NCBI GenBank assembly: GCA_016748015.1
Contig: JAAOMT010000303.1
Location: forward strand, 434,001 to 498,000
DNA from: Geosiphon pyriformis uo1
Taxonomy: Eukaryota > Fungi > Glomeromycota
DNA: 64,000 bases
Direction: 5' to 3'
Shown here one piece after another: positions 1 to 12,378 of this stretch (positions are counted from its first letter, which is position 1; every line of letters starts with the position of its first letter). The notes beneath the pieces were generated by a model, which did not search any database, had not been told where the DNA came from, and worked only from the letters and a program-made list of their open reading frames with translations. A program made the translations under genes and the position numbers.

Positions 1-1102
1 ACTTGTCATATAAAAGTCAACTAGAACTCTATGGTTGTTTTGGTAAAATTATAAAAGATATAAAGTTCATAAAAAAAAAAACTTCAAAAATACAGATAAA
101 AATTTTGGATATTATACAGTTAGATATCTTAAAAGTTTTAACTATTGTTAAAAGAACCAAAACTCTTATACAAAAATTTGGTCTTTTGAATACAAAACTT
201 ATTTTGTCTTAAGTATTATATATTTTATTTACAAAAAACTTTAATAAGCTAGTTAGTTTTAAGCTAAACAAAACTCTTCAATTAGATTATTTTATGAATA
301 ACTTGAATTTGTCAAAGCTCAATTTCTTTGGAGAGTATAATATTATAATTGAAACTTATACTTTTTATTAGTTATTACATGTATTAACTACTGATATCAT
401 ATAATTAACTATCTTATTTTTAGATAATAATTATTGATTTAATTAATGATCTAACTATTGATTTAATTATTGACCTGATCATTGATCTAATTATTAATCT
501 AATTAATGACCTGATTATTGATCTAACTGTTAATCTAATTATTGACTTAGTCATTAATCTGGTTATTGACCATTTTTAATAGCTATATAAGTGATAAATT
601 TTTTAGCTGTAGAAAAACATGTAAAAATCAAAAAAAGCAAAGAAATAAAATAACAACTTTATTTCAATTCTTTTTTTTTTGCTAATTTCTCTTTCTTTAC
701 TTTCAAGTATCTGAACATTTTAGAATAAAAGGTTATTTGTTGGCATTTACTTACTCTTTTTTTAACTTGTATAATTGTAGTATTTGAAGATTATTAAATA
801 AAACATAACTAAAAAACACATCTAATACCTGATATCAAATTCTAAGAATATTGATGTAAGACATAAAATTATACCAGTGTGTTATTATTTGTTGACAGTA
901 TAGATTATCTTTTTATTTTCAAATTTTTCAGTTATTTTTTGAAAAAAATAGCTACTGAAATATTTTATGAAACTGATCTTGTACATTAAATCTATACTCA
1001 TTTAATTTATTCTTTGAAGTTAAATTCTCTTTAATTAATTCTATTACCCTACAATTTTGTTCTTTCTTACTATTTATTAGCTTGTTACTTTAACCCATAA
1101 CA
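1..1102 (+). mobile_element. Ty3/Gypsy family A copy A0, 3' end only (ORF3 remnant, PPT, 3' LTR 341-1102)
   Basis: 1-371 translates as the ORF3 seen in four other copies (LELYG...TLIQKFGLLNTKLIL). GGAGAGTATAA precedes the LTR start TATTATAATTGAAAC (consensus TGTTACGGTTGAAAC). The LTR ends ...CCCATAACA at 1102. Confidence 0.9.
428..571 (+). repeat. 12-bp tandem array (consensus TGATCATTGACC, 12 units) inside LTR-A, just upstream of the TATA-like GCTATATAAG
   Basis: Degenerate 12-nt units counted directly. The same array, with different unit numbers, is in every LTR-A. Confidence 0.85.
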
Positions 1103-1184
1103 ATAGCTTCCAATAAACGTAAATTAAATAGCAAACTAATATTAGCAACAATTAAAAAAAGAGACCAAAAAATCTTTGTTAATA
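1103..1184 (+). repeat. 3' tail of a family B-like LTR, the insertion target of A0
   Basis: AGCTTCCAATAA...AAAAAAGAGACCAAAAA resembles the LTR-B ends at 5204-5282 and the reverse complement of 30192-30270. Confidence 0.6.
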
Positions 1185-4100
1185 CCATCCAAGAAAAAAT
1201 TATGAATTTAATGTAATGTTTTTTAAACTTTGCAATATACTAGCAATATTTTAATAACTAATAAATATTCTTTATAAAAAATTTTTATTGCAGTTAATAG
1301 TTGTATATTTTAATAACACTAATATTTACTTTCTAACTTTTAAAACTTATTTGGTCTACTTGCAAAAAGTATTTCAATAATTATAAAAAGCAAGATTAAA
1401 ATTAAATATTAAAAAATATTATTTTAAAAAAACAAGCTTAAGTTTTCTTGAACATATTGTTAAGAAAAATAAAGTTCTATCCAATTCAAAAACAATTAAT
1501 ATAGTGAAAAATTTCAAAGTTTTTTGAAATACCACTGAATTAAAAAAATTTACTAAATTAGTCTTCTACTATTAGAAATTTATTAAAAAATTCTCAAAAA
1601 TTGCCAAATTTTTTAACTATTTGATTAACAAAAATATAAAATTTTAATAAATTTTAACACAACAAAAAGCCTTTAATATTTTTAATGAAAAGTTAACAAC
1701 AGCTTTAATTTTTGTTTATTCAGACTTTAACAAACAGTTTTAATTAGTTACTAATGTTTTTCACATTATATTTGATGCTATTTTATTACAATTGAATAAC
1801 AACAGCAATAAGTGAGTTATTGTCTATGTTAATAAAACATTCAAATCTACAAAAACAAAATATGGATTTACTAAATTAGAAGCAATAACTGTTATCTAAA
1901 TCTTTAAACATTTTTAATAATACTTGTAAAAAAAACCAGAATTTAATATTGTTATAAATAATATTGGTTTTAAATAGCTTAACAAAAAAAATTTAAACTC
2001 AGTGCCAAACAATTTTAATAAACTAATTTTTTAGCTAATTACAAATATATTGTTTACTACAAATCTGAAAAATTATACACAAATATTGATAGTTTTTTAA
2101 AAATAAAGGAAGATAAAAATTAGAATTAATATTAACAATCTTCTAATTTAATAATAACAATTAATAAACATTAGATTTTGAAAACTATAACAACATTAAA
2201 AACTATTTGAAAACTTTTACTATGTTTAAAAATTAGTTTTTAATTAAAAAACATTAATTATAACATCAAACAAAACAATATTTTCTATATTACAATAAAA
2301 TTTATTATTAAAATTGCCAAAATTCAAACAATTTATTCAGATTAGTACAACAAACCAAAAAAAAACAATTTTATATAATATATATACAGATTTCTTATTA
2401 GCATACTTATAAAAAAATAGTATAATTCAAAAAATATTTAAATATTATTTTTTGCTCTACATGTAAAAAAATATTTAATAATATATAAAATTATGTAATA
2501 ATTGTCAAAAAAGAGAAGAAACTTATTCTATTAAACCTTTAAACCCAATTAAAATTGGACAATTTTTTGACAAAATTAATATTGATTTAGTTAAATCATT
2601 ACTTATTACAATTCAAGAAAATTATTATATTATAGTTATAGTAAATTATCTTACCAAATAGTCTAAAGTCAAAGCTATTTAATAAGCAGATACAAAATCA
2701 ATGGCAAATTTCATTTATAAAGACATTATTTATAGATATAAATGTCTAATTGAACTTTTATTTAATTAAAAAACACATTTTGTAAATAACTTAATACAAA
2801 AAATTTGTAAATAGTTTAATATTAAATAACTTTTATTATTACTTTATTATTTACAAATAAACAAATTAATAGAACAATTTAACCAAATATTATGTGAATT
2901 ATTAGCCAAAATTTTAATTAATTTTGAACAAAAATAAGGTATTTTTATTCCATCAGTATTGTTAGTATATAAAACATTAAAACAAAATACAATAAAACAC
3001 ACATTTTTTAATTTAACTTATAAAAAACAGCAATATTACCAATTAATTTTATGGTAAAAACATATCTAATACAACCAATTACAAAAAAAAACTTTTAAAA
3101 AACACTTTAATAAAGAACTTATACTCTTTTTAGCATACTAAAAAAAATAACAAATTGCAATTATTCATATTAAATATTCTTAAGCTCAACAAAAAAATAG
3201 CATAATGACAAATTACTATTTACTACCAATAAATTCAAAGTTAGAAACAAAGTTTTTTTACATAAAACTAAGGTTAAAAAACAATAAAATAGAAAATTTA
3301 ATTATAAATAAGATAGACTATTTTATATTTACAAAACTTTAGACAATAGATCATATAAATTAAGACTTGATAACAAAATCTTAGCAAAAGTTGCACATAG
3401 AAATCAATTAAAACACTATTATTTTAGAACCAATTCTAAATTATTAATTTTACAAATTTTCTTTTAATTAATTTTAAAGATATTTTCTAAAACTTAGAAC
3501 CAATAGTTATAATAAAATAATAACCAAACTTGAATATTTAAATTATTTATTACATTAGTATTTTTTTTAAAAATAATACAAAAACATTAACCAAAAATAA
3601 AAAGATAACTGCCAAAAAAAACTTAAACCAAAAATATATAAAAAACTTCTATATTAAAATAATTTTATTTTTCCAAAAAAATTAGTATTTTTTTTTATAA
3701 TTTATAATAATTATTTTTCAAAACATTCAACAAATATTTTAAAAATTAATAATAATTCTTAGAATTATCATTTTTATAAAAAAAAAACAAAAATTTTTTT
3801 TGGAATTTATTTACTAGAACTTTTAAAGCAAGCTTTGAAAGAAAAGTTATTGTTTACCTTTATGAACATTTTTTTAAATGTTACAATACAACAAAAACTT
3901 CAACTGTATTTTAAAAAAAACAGTAAATATACTTCTATTTATTGATATTTTTAAATTAAAAAAATACTGTACTAATAAAAACTAGAACTTAAAACAATCA
4001 ATTGTACTTTTAAAGTTATATAAAAACAAATACATTACAAATTTAAGACAATAACTAAACCAACAAATATACAATACAAATTAAGAGCAGTTTTTAAACT

Positions 4101-5282
4101 CTACAATCTATTTAATACTTGTAAAAATATTTTACAAAATCTAATACTTTAACCAATAAAAATTTAATATATTAACAAACTTACAGAACTAAAATTATAA
4201 CAATTTGCAGACCAAATTACTTTAATAATACTAAATTATTATCTAAATATTATAAATAGTACTTGGATTTTAACAAAGCTTAATTTTAAGAAAAAAATTA
4301 TATTACCAATAGAATTTTAGTCAGTAATTATAAAATTATTTTTATAACTTTTATTAATAATTAGCATATATTATTATTGTTTTATTTATTACTTATTATT
4401 TAATCAAATTATTACAATATTTTTATTTAATTAATAATTTAATTTATATAATACATTAATATAACCAAACATAATGATTAAATAATACAATTTTTTAAAT
4501 TTTATAACATTTAAGAATTTGCTAAAATTTGTTAAAATTTATAAAATATTTTAATAGTGCATTAAAATAATTTATAGTTTGTAGAAACAACTTGTAATTT
4601 GCTGAAATATATCTTTAGTTTGTCGAAATTATAACAAAAAAAAAGTTCAAGTTCATAGATTCATATTATAATAAGCTGTATAAAATAAAAGCTTCTTTTT
4701 TTAAAAAAATATATTTTACATTAAAAATTACAATCTTAACTAAAATCATCTTCATCAGAAATATTTTTTCTTGGCATTTATACAAATCATTTCAAATAAA
4801 AACTATATTAAAAACAACAAAATTTATAACTATTTTTTTTGAAATTTCCAAAATTCCAATTAATATTTTGAAATTAATTAGTTACTAATTTCTGTAAATT
4901 CGTTAGTAATTCCAAATTTAAACAGAAAACAATTTTCTTAAACAAAATTTTTTTTTATATTTTATATATATATATATTAGAGTAGTCTACAGACAAAATT
5001 CTTGTAAAAAAATTAACTTTTACAGCAAAGTAACTATATATTATTAATAAGCTTTTAGATAAGTATTTTCTGAAAAAAGTTGACTTTTACTACAAAGTAA
5101 CTATATAAATAACTAACACAAAATTGGCTATTTCACTTATAAGTCTAGTTGTTTAAATTATAAAAGATAATTTGAAAATAAATTCAGTTATTGAAGATTT
5201 AACAGCTTCCAATAATTAGAAATTACCAGCAAAATAACATTAACAATATTTAAAAAAAGAGATTTAAAAACTTTTAATAATA
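1185..5282 (+). mobile_element. Heavily eroded Ty3/Gypsy family B element (RT-RNase H, integrase, ORF3-like region, 3' LTR-B 4301-5282)
   Basis: Eroded RT motif TATGAATTTAATGTAATG (YEFNVM) at ~1201, RNase H remnants ~1740-2120, integrase remnants ~2170-3430 (NYLTK, QTNGL-like). An A-rich PPT precedes TATTACCAATAGAATTTTAG, which matches the solo LTR at 30192-31164. Confidence 0.8.
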
Positions 5283-5481
5283 AAATTATATATTTTAATA
5301 ATTTCTATTATATTATTAATTATTTATATTATATTTTTCTATTTTTACTTTATAAATAATAACATAAAATCTAAATAATAAAACAATATCTATATATTTA
5401 ATAATTTTTATTATTTATTTATTTATTTTTTTTAATTTCTTTACTTTTAAATAAAAAATTATTTGTTAAAATTTATATATA
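5283..5481. repeat. Eroded LTR-C end (to ~5361) followed by a fragment of the LTR-A variant
   Basis: TTTATAAATAATA matches the LTR-C termini at 37326/38598. 5365-5481 and 12390-12625 align with consecutive parts of the LTR at 39360-39740. Confidence 0.5.
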
Positions 5482-5613
5482 AACTTTTTTTTCTCTTGTC
5501 AATCCTCTGACCATAGCAAAAGCAAGAAGTAAATTGATAGAATAGCTTTCTCTTTTTCCTTTTTCCCCTTTCGTCTTAAAGTTATTTCTCTCAGTACATC
5601 CTTTTTTGTTAAT

Positions 5614-7566
5614 ATAGAACCGACAGGCTCTTCTGCTGGTGGTTTAGGCTCTGTTTCAGTGAGTTTGGGGACCCATTCTGGTGTTAAATCTAAATGCTTG
5701 ACAAGTGCTCACTCGCGTGGTGCATCCTACAAGAAACCTAAGAAGCCTGTTGCTGTCGGCAGTATGATTAATACGTCTGCTGGTCCTCTCAGCTTGGAAG
5801 ATTTGGGTGAAGCTGGTGCCAAACCTGTGGTGTCCTGGGGTAGTGATGTCGGTAGTGTAGCAAGCAGTGTGAGCAGTCTTTCGGATGCAGAAAATATGAC
5901 GAACTTGGTTACTGAAGAAACGAACTACGCGGAATCTGGTGAGGATGACGACATGAACGAAGCTATGCCGAAGAAAACATGCACCAGAACATACGCTCTG
6001 GGCAACCCAATGAAGCAATCTCTTTTCGACAATATGAGTAATGATGATAGTGTGCTAGAGCTCTCTCCTCACTTGCTTAGTGGTTCCAATCAATTGTTGC
6101 TGCTCATGTCACGTGCCCCAGAGAAACAAAGCTTTGATTCGACAAAATTTTTTGCTCTTGATATTGAACTTTCTGCCATTCCTGGCAAAACCAATAATGA
6201 TAAATTGATCAGTTTGAAAAAAATTTTTTATCACATTGATGGATTTGGGGGAGCCTTAACTCCCTCAAAATTCCCAGAGATTATTAGATCCTCCTTTACA
6301 TCTGAAATTAGTTTGAATAAGGCTAGGGAAATAGCAATTGGTGAGAAAATTTTAGTTAATGATAATCTGAGAAAAATGGGTGTCTGTTCAGATCGGGAAG
6401 TGATAGTCAAGGAAATCTCAGTAGATCTTTTCAGATTGGCAGTAGAGTCAGTTTTTTCCAAATTTGGCAAGATTGTTTCAATTAAAATGCAGCTGGTTGG
6501 TCTCTGGCAAAAGATCCTGGTTGAATTTGAGTCATCTAAAGTAGTTAGTCTGGTTGCTTCCAAATAGTCAGTCCTCATGGGAAAAAATTTGGTGTGTGTG
6601 GCTTTGGCAATCAGTGATAAACAAACATGGGTATCAAGAGATCAGCATCAGGCTTTGCTTTATACTCTTTTGGTTGGCACCAATGCCCATGACCTTTCCA
6701 GTTTGATGGAATTATATGGTGAGAAGACTTGTTTCATTGGCCATAATCCTAATTTATATGTTCATGATAGATGTGCTGTAATTTGTTTTGGTGATAAAGC
6801 ATCCAAGTTGGCTGCTATTGGTACTATTCCAGTTTTTAAGAGTGTAAGTTTGCATTGGGCTGGTCTTTCTTTGGCCAGTTGCACTCATTGTAAACAATTT
6901 GGTCATGTTACGGTCAACTGTTCCTTGGGTGAGTATTTTGGTGTTTGTGGGAAGAGGGTGGTTTCTGAGCAAGATCGGATTCGTCTAGCTGGGATATATA
7001 AGAAAAAGTTGGCTCCTATTGCTCGTCCAGTCTCATTTGGTAGTAAAACATAGGCCCAAGTTGCTGGTGGCTCTTCTTCTCATGTGATTCCCTCTGGTTT
7101 GGTTGGTGCTGGTTTGCATTCTGGTTTGGTTTCTTCTTCAATGATGACTGACTCTCCTACCATTTCTCATTTGAATAACCAGCTGGCAATTTTGGAGTGC
7201 TTTTTGGAGCTTTTGACTGACCACGTTTCTGGCATTTTGGTTCAACTGGAATCCATTGATTTGGTTCCTGCGGCGACCCCATTTTTGAGCCTTCTTGCTG
7301 TTTCTGAGACTTTGACTTCTAATGTGGATTCTGATATAATTATGGATACTACTTTGGTCTCATCTGGTACTCCTCCATCTGTCATTCATAATGCTGTTGT
7401 TGAGCTCAGCTCTAATAGTTCCAAAGTCCTCACTGTCAAAGTGAGTGGTTTGGAAACAAAATTGATTGCTTTGGAGGCCTCAGTTGGTTCAGTTTTGGAT
7501 AAGTTAAATATTCTGTGCTCTGGTTTGGGTTTGTCAGTTTCCCTGTCTTCTCAATGGCTCACTTAA
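5614..7566 (+). pseudogene. LINE family 1 ORF1 (RRM + CCHC zinc knuckle), start ATG>ATA and two TGG>TAG stops
   Basis: ORFs 5659-6567, 6577-7053 and 7084-7566 share one frame. RRM-like VIVKEISVDL..FSKFGKIVSIK..WQKILVEFES; knuckle CTHCKQFGHVTVNC. Confidence 0.88.
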
Positions 7567-10500
7567 TTTGAAAAATTGCCGCATGTAATGTCAGAGATAT
7601 GAACAATTGTGTGAAGCAGGCAGACATTATATATTGGCATAAGAATATGAACAATCTGGTCTCCATTGTTACTGAGACAAAGTTAAGAGACATGGTTTGT
7701 CCATGGATCACCGATAAGTTTGATGGTGTTTGTGTTTTTACTTTTGGTCTGAATTCTGGTCACATGGGTTCTGGTGTTGCAATAATTATGGATTCTTCTT
7801 TAGTGAAGCATGTGTGCAAGATTTCAGAGATATCTGGTTGGCTGTTGTCATTAAGGCTGCTCTTTAGGAATAAACTTTCTGTGTCTATTTTGGGGCTGTA
7901 TGCTGGTGCGTCTTCAGTAGTTCGGTTTTCTCAGGCTAGTAATATCAATTCTCTTGTTGCCAAAACTGTGAATGAGACTTCTTTTGTCATTCTTGGTGGC
8001 AATTTCAATGAAGATGGGTCTCATAAATGTGCCAGTTTCAGGAAGTGTTTTGATTTGAGTCTGGTCAACTCTCTAAGTGGAAGTGCTTTTGTGAAGTCAC
8101 CAACATGGTGCAATTCTCATGGCATTGCCAAGACGATTGATTACGTGTTGGTTTCCTTTAGTTTAGTTAATGCAATCATGGATTGTAGTGTGATGGGTAT
8201 TGAGGATTTTTTTGATACTGATCATAAGGCTGTTTCTATTTCTGTGAGTTTGGGTGGCTTGCTTGACCCTCAGCTGAATTCAATGTGCAAGCAGGCTAAT
8301 AAAGATTGTTGGAAATTTGATTTTGGAAATGCTGGTGAGAAAGAGTGGAATGATTTTAAGAATGCTACATTGGCCAATGGCCTAATGTGTTCGAGTGATT
8401 TTGCTGCCTCTGTGGAATCTTCAGATTTGGATGCTATGTGGGACATTGTGTGCAAAATAATGACTCTCTTAGCAGTTGGGACATTCAAAAAGAAATGGTT
8501 TAAGGATTATGATAAGATTTTTACTAAGAGTTCTTCTAGGTTTCACAAGCTTGAGCTGCTGGTGTCCAAGCTGGTTAAGGCATCTCATTTGTTGTCTAGT
8601 GTGGAATTTGCGTCATTGTTAAATATGTGGGAGAGGCTCGACATCAATGGTGCTTCGGTGGTGAAGTCTTTGTTTCTTTCAGGTTCCAATTTTAACATGA
8701 TTCACTCGGCTCTGGCTAAGACAAGGAAGTCTTACCACTCTGCTAAGTTGCTGAAATCCAGACATGCTAAGGAATCCCATATCAGAGCAGCTATTGATAA
8801 AAGGATGGAAAGTTTTGAATCAGACAAGGGTCACACCATCAGGAGTGTTTTGAAGCATCTTTTTCACAAAGTGGTTCTGGATCATCTGGTTGTGGATAAC
8901 GAGTTGATTTTGGAGCCCAGCTTAGTCAAGGCTAGAGTGGATGAAATCATGGAAGACTGGACCAGGAAGTGCAAGGTGGTGCCTGATATCTCTGATAATT
9001 GGTCTCACCAATACAAGCCTTTGGAGTATGTTTTCAATAGTGCATTTTTTGGTGTAATGTGTCCCATTGGTTTCAATAAGTTGTTCAGTGTGGTTTCCGG
9101 TCTGCTTGAAGGCAAGGCTGCTGGTCTCTCTGGAATTTCAAATGAGCTCTGGAAACACTATAACAAGTCAATTTTGGATATGCTTTTGGTGCTTTTAAAT
9201 TCTTGCTTAATTCATGAGTCAGTGCCTAGTGCTTGAAAAGAAGCTTAGATCTCAATGATTCCTAAGCCATATGAGTGGGAAGGGGTTCTTATAAACAACC
9301 GACCTATTGCCTTGATTGAAACTGCCCACAAGATTCTTTCCAAGATTCTTTCAGATAGGATCTCATTGGCTTGTAGTACTTTTAATGTTCTGCATGAAGA
9401 CAATTTTTCGGTTTTAAAGGGCATGACAACTCAGTCTCCCATTTTTGCCATTGGTTCAGTTATTGAGGATGCTTTGGAAAAGAATCATGAACTCTGGTTG
9501 GTCTTGTAGGACATGTGGAAAGCTTATGATTCTGTTAAGTGGGAACACCTTCAGGACAGTTTGGTTAGGATAAAAATGTGCAGCAGATTCATTAGGTTTT
9601 TTGGCGGCATCCACAGTGGTCACGTTAACAGAGTTATGACAGATTTTGGTTTAACGGATGGGTATGAGGTGCATAATGGCTTGGACCAAGGGGAGGTGTT
9701 CTTACCACTCCTTTGGTGCATATTTTATGATCCCCTTTTGTGTGAAGTTAAGAGGCAGGCAGATGGATGTAGTTACAGAGTGAATTCTCATTTTATTTCT
9801 GGATGTGGTTGTATTGAGTCTTGAGCTAGTGTATCTTCATTTTTTGCAGCAAGTGCCTTTGTTGATAATACTATATGGGTTGGCAGCAGTCAAAGTGCTA
9901 CACAGCATATTCTCAATGTTGCTAGTGAATTTTTTGATATTAATAACATCTCAATTAATAATGATAAGACTGTTGCCATCCCCATCAATTGTGATGGTAC
10001 GGCTTCCTCTTTGTTGATCAGTAGGTCACCTATTTCTGTTGCCAAGAAGGGGGAATCACATTGCTATTTGGGGATCTATTTGTTAACTGAGGGTCTTTTG
10101 AAGTCTAGCTTGGCTAAGATGCATTCTGATGTCTGGTTCTTTTCTAATTTGGTCCTAAAAAAGGCAGTGTCTGATAAGCAGTTTTTATATTTGGTTGTGG
10201 TGGTTCTCTTTCCTATTATTGGATATAGAACACAGTTCAGTTACATTCCTATTAGTGTTTGTAGGAAGTGGGACACTTTGATTTGTAAGGGCTTGAGATC
10301 TAAGTCTGGTTTGCCACATGATTTCCTCAATGATGTGATTTATTATCTCTCTCTGTATGGTTTGAAGACTTTTGAGCAGGTTCAAGCTGAGAATAAATTG
10401 GCTTTGGTTGTTTTTTTCGCGAATTCTGTTGGAATTTTGGGGTGTCTATTTTCTCACTGGTTGCATGATCTGTAGGTTCTCTGCTGGTGTTTGCTACATC

Positions 10501-12241
10501 CTCTGCAGTGTTCAGTTTGTGTTAAGATCAATCCTCTAAATAATTTTCTGGCAGGTGTGGTGTGTATTTTCTCTGGGTGTGATTTGTTGTTGGGTGGCTC
10601 TCTGGTTAGCACTTTTCGTCAGTGGGGTGGAATCTCTATGTCCTTTGTTCTTGGTGAATCATATTATGTCAAAAGTGTCTCTTCACTTAAGTGTTATGGA
10701 ATTGCTTTCGTGGATCAGCTATGAGACTGAAATGGGGCTGTTTTCAAATAGAAAACCTTCAAACGGTGGAAGTGGTTGGACCCACATGGTCTGGTTCCTG
10801 CCTGGTTTGAGCTGTTCATTTGTTTTCTTGAAGGTGTGTCTTCTCCTCTTGTCTGTTCTATGCTTTTGGCTGGTTGCAACTCTTTAGATGTTCTTCAGTT
10901 TCATGAGTTTGGCATCATTAGTGCCAGTTTGTTTGATTCCAATGTTGGTTGTCTTTCTGCTTATACAGATAGATCTCTAAGTGATTTAGGGACTGTTAAT
11001 ATAAAAGCTAGAGCTGCTGTTTTCTTTGAAGACATTAATATGGGTTTGGGTGTAGGGGTATCTGGTTTGATGTCTTCTACCTTGACAGAATTGATGGCCA
11101 TTGCTCTGGTGCTCGAGTGTGTCCCTTTTTCTCACTCAGTCAATTTGTTCTCGAACAGTCAGCCTGCTTTGGATGCTTGCAAGTTGGAGATGGAATTAGT
11201 TCACCCAGATTTTAGGAATTGGTGTTGGATTGAATGCCATCATATTGTGAATATCATTTGTCATAAGAATTTAAGAGTTAATTGGTGTAAGGTCAAAGAA
11301 CACTCAAGGGTTTTAGACAATAAATGGACTGATAAGTTGGCAAGAACTGCAGCTCTCTCTGGTTGGCATCTGCCCTATTTTGTCAACAAATGCTATCTAA
11401 GAGATGGTGGTGCAGCCATTTTTGGTAATTCTAGGCATTTTGTTTGGGATGTTTTTCGGTCTGTTCATCGTGCACATTGGGAAGTTAGTTGTAGCATTGA
11501 GGTGGTGGCAGATAGTCTGCGTACAGATATTGATTGGTTTAGGTCATCGCTGGTTTGGCATCCAGATTCTCACATGGCTGCTGGCTTCACTAGCAAGCAA
11601 ACGGCTGGTCTCCGGACTTACTTTATGAAAGCATTGCACCATCGGCTTCTGGTCACCATGCATAAGCGGCTTTATAATAAGCGCTATCCTAGTGTGGTGT
11701 GTTTGTTCTGCGATAATGTCGAGGTCTCAAACCATGCTTTTTTTTGTTCATTTGATGCCAATGGTTGTGCTCGGTTGTTGGATGCTCATGCAGCAGTTTG
11801 AAGTGTGCGTTCTGGTCTGGCTCATTCTTCTTCAGGTGTCTTGCAGCTGCTGTTCACTTGTGTATCTAACATTTCAGTTAGTACTGCTCTGTGCAAAGGT
11901 TTTGTTTTCAAGGATTGGTTTCATGAGTCTGTTTCTGTCTTCAAGGATTCCAGGATAGCAAGTCAGAACATTGTGGCCTTTGTGCATGAGTTCAGCTTGG
12001 CTTTCTGGGAAGACATTTGGTTGGTTTGCGCCAAACACCATGCATTTATGGAAAAAAATGTGCTTATTCCGTGCAATGAATCTGCTCCTGTCCCGATTTC
12101 TGGGCTTTCTTTAGGGCTGTCATCTGGCATGACCCGGTTGCTGGGTGTTGCTAAGGCGATTGGTGTTAGTTTCGGGTTCTGTAAGTCTTGTTTGTTTTTT
12201 TCAGACATAGGGGTGAGGTCTCTGTTCATATAGGTGCTTAG
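7554..12241 (+). pseudogene. LINE family 1 ORF2: AP endonuclease, reverse transcriptase, RNase H, C-terminal Zn finger; multiple nonsense mutations
   Basis: APE motifs CNVR, ETKL, GNFN, IDY, TDH. RT motifs RPIALIE, KAYDSV, QGEV, AFVDNT (from FVDD). RNase H YTD..ELMAI..SNSQ..KVKEHS..N..TDKLA. Zn finger CLFCDNVEVSNHAFFC. Confidence 0.92.
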
Positions 12242-12378
12242 TGTTGTCCTGATTGGTCCGAGTGGCTGGTTACGTGTAGATAATGCATGATTCACACCTA
12301 GTTTAGATCATTTGTATAATGTATTATATTAGGCAGTGTTTGGACTTTGCTCGTTAAATGTTAATAAAATAAAAAAAA

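Larger units (their letters stand above)
5482..12378 (+). mobile_element. Full-length LINE, family 1, with A-rich tail
   Basis: Pyrimidine-rich 5' UTR, overlapping ORF1 and ORF2, short 3' UTR ending TTAATAAAATAAAAAAAA. It interrupts an eroded LTR, with imperfect AAAAT(T/A)TATATA flanks. Confidence 0.92.

Noticed and set aside
428-571. CRISPR array or nuclear-receptor response elements (TGACCT)
   Set aside because: The units are contiguous 12-mers without unique spacers, inside an LTR. There are no cas genes, and fungi lack classical nuclear receptors.
5659-12233. Alternative genetic code (stops at expected Trp/Gln positions)
   Set aside because: TAG, TGA and TAA all occur, mostly differ between copies of a family, and fit C>T/G>A mutation. 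The host gene reads in the standard code.
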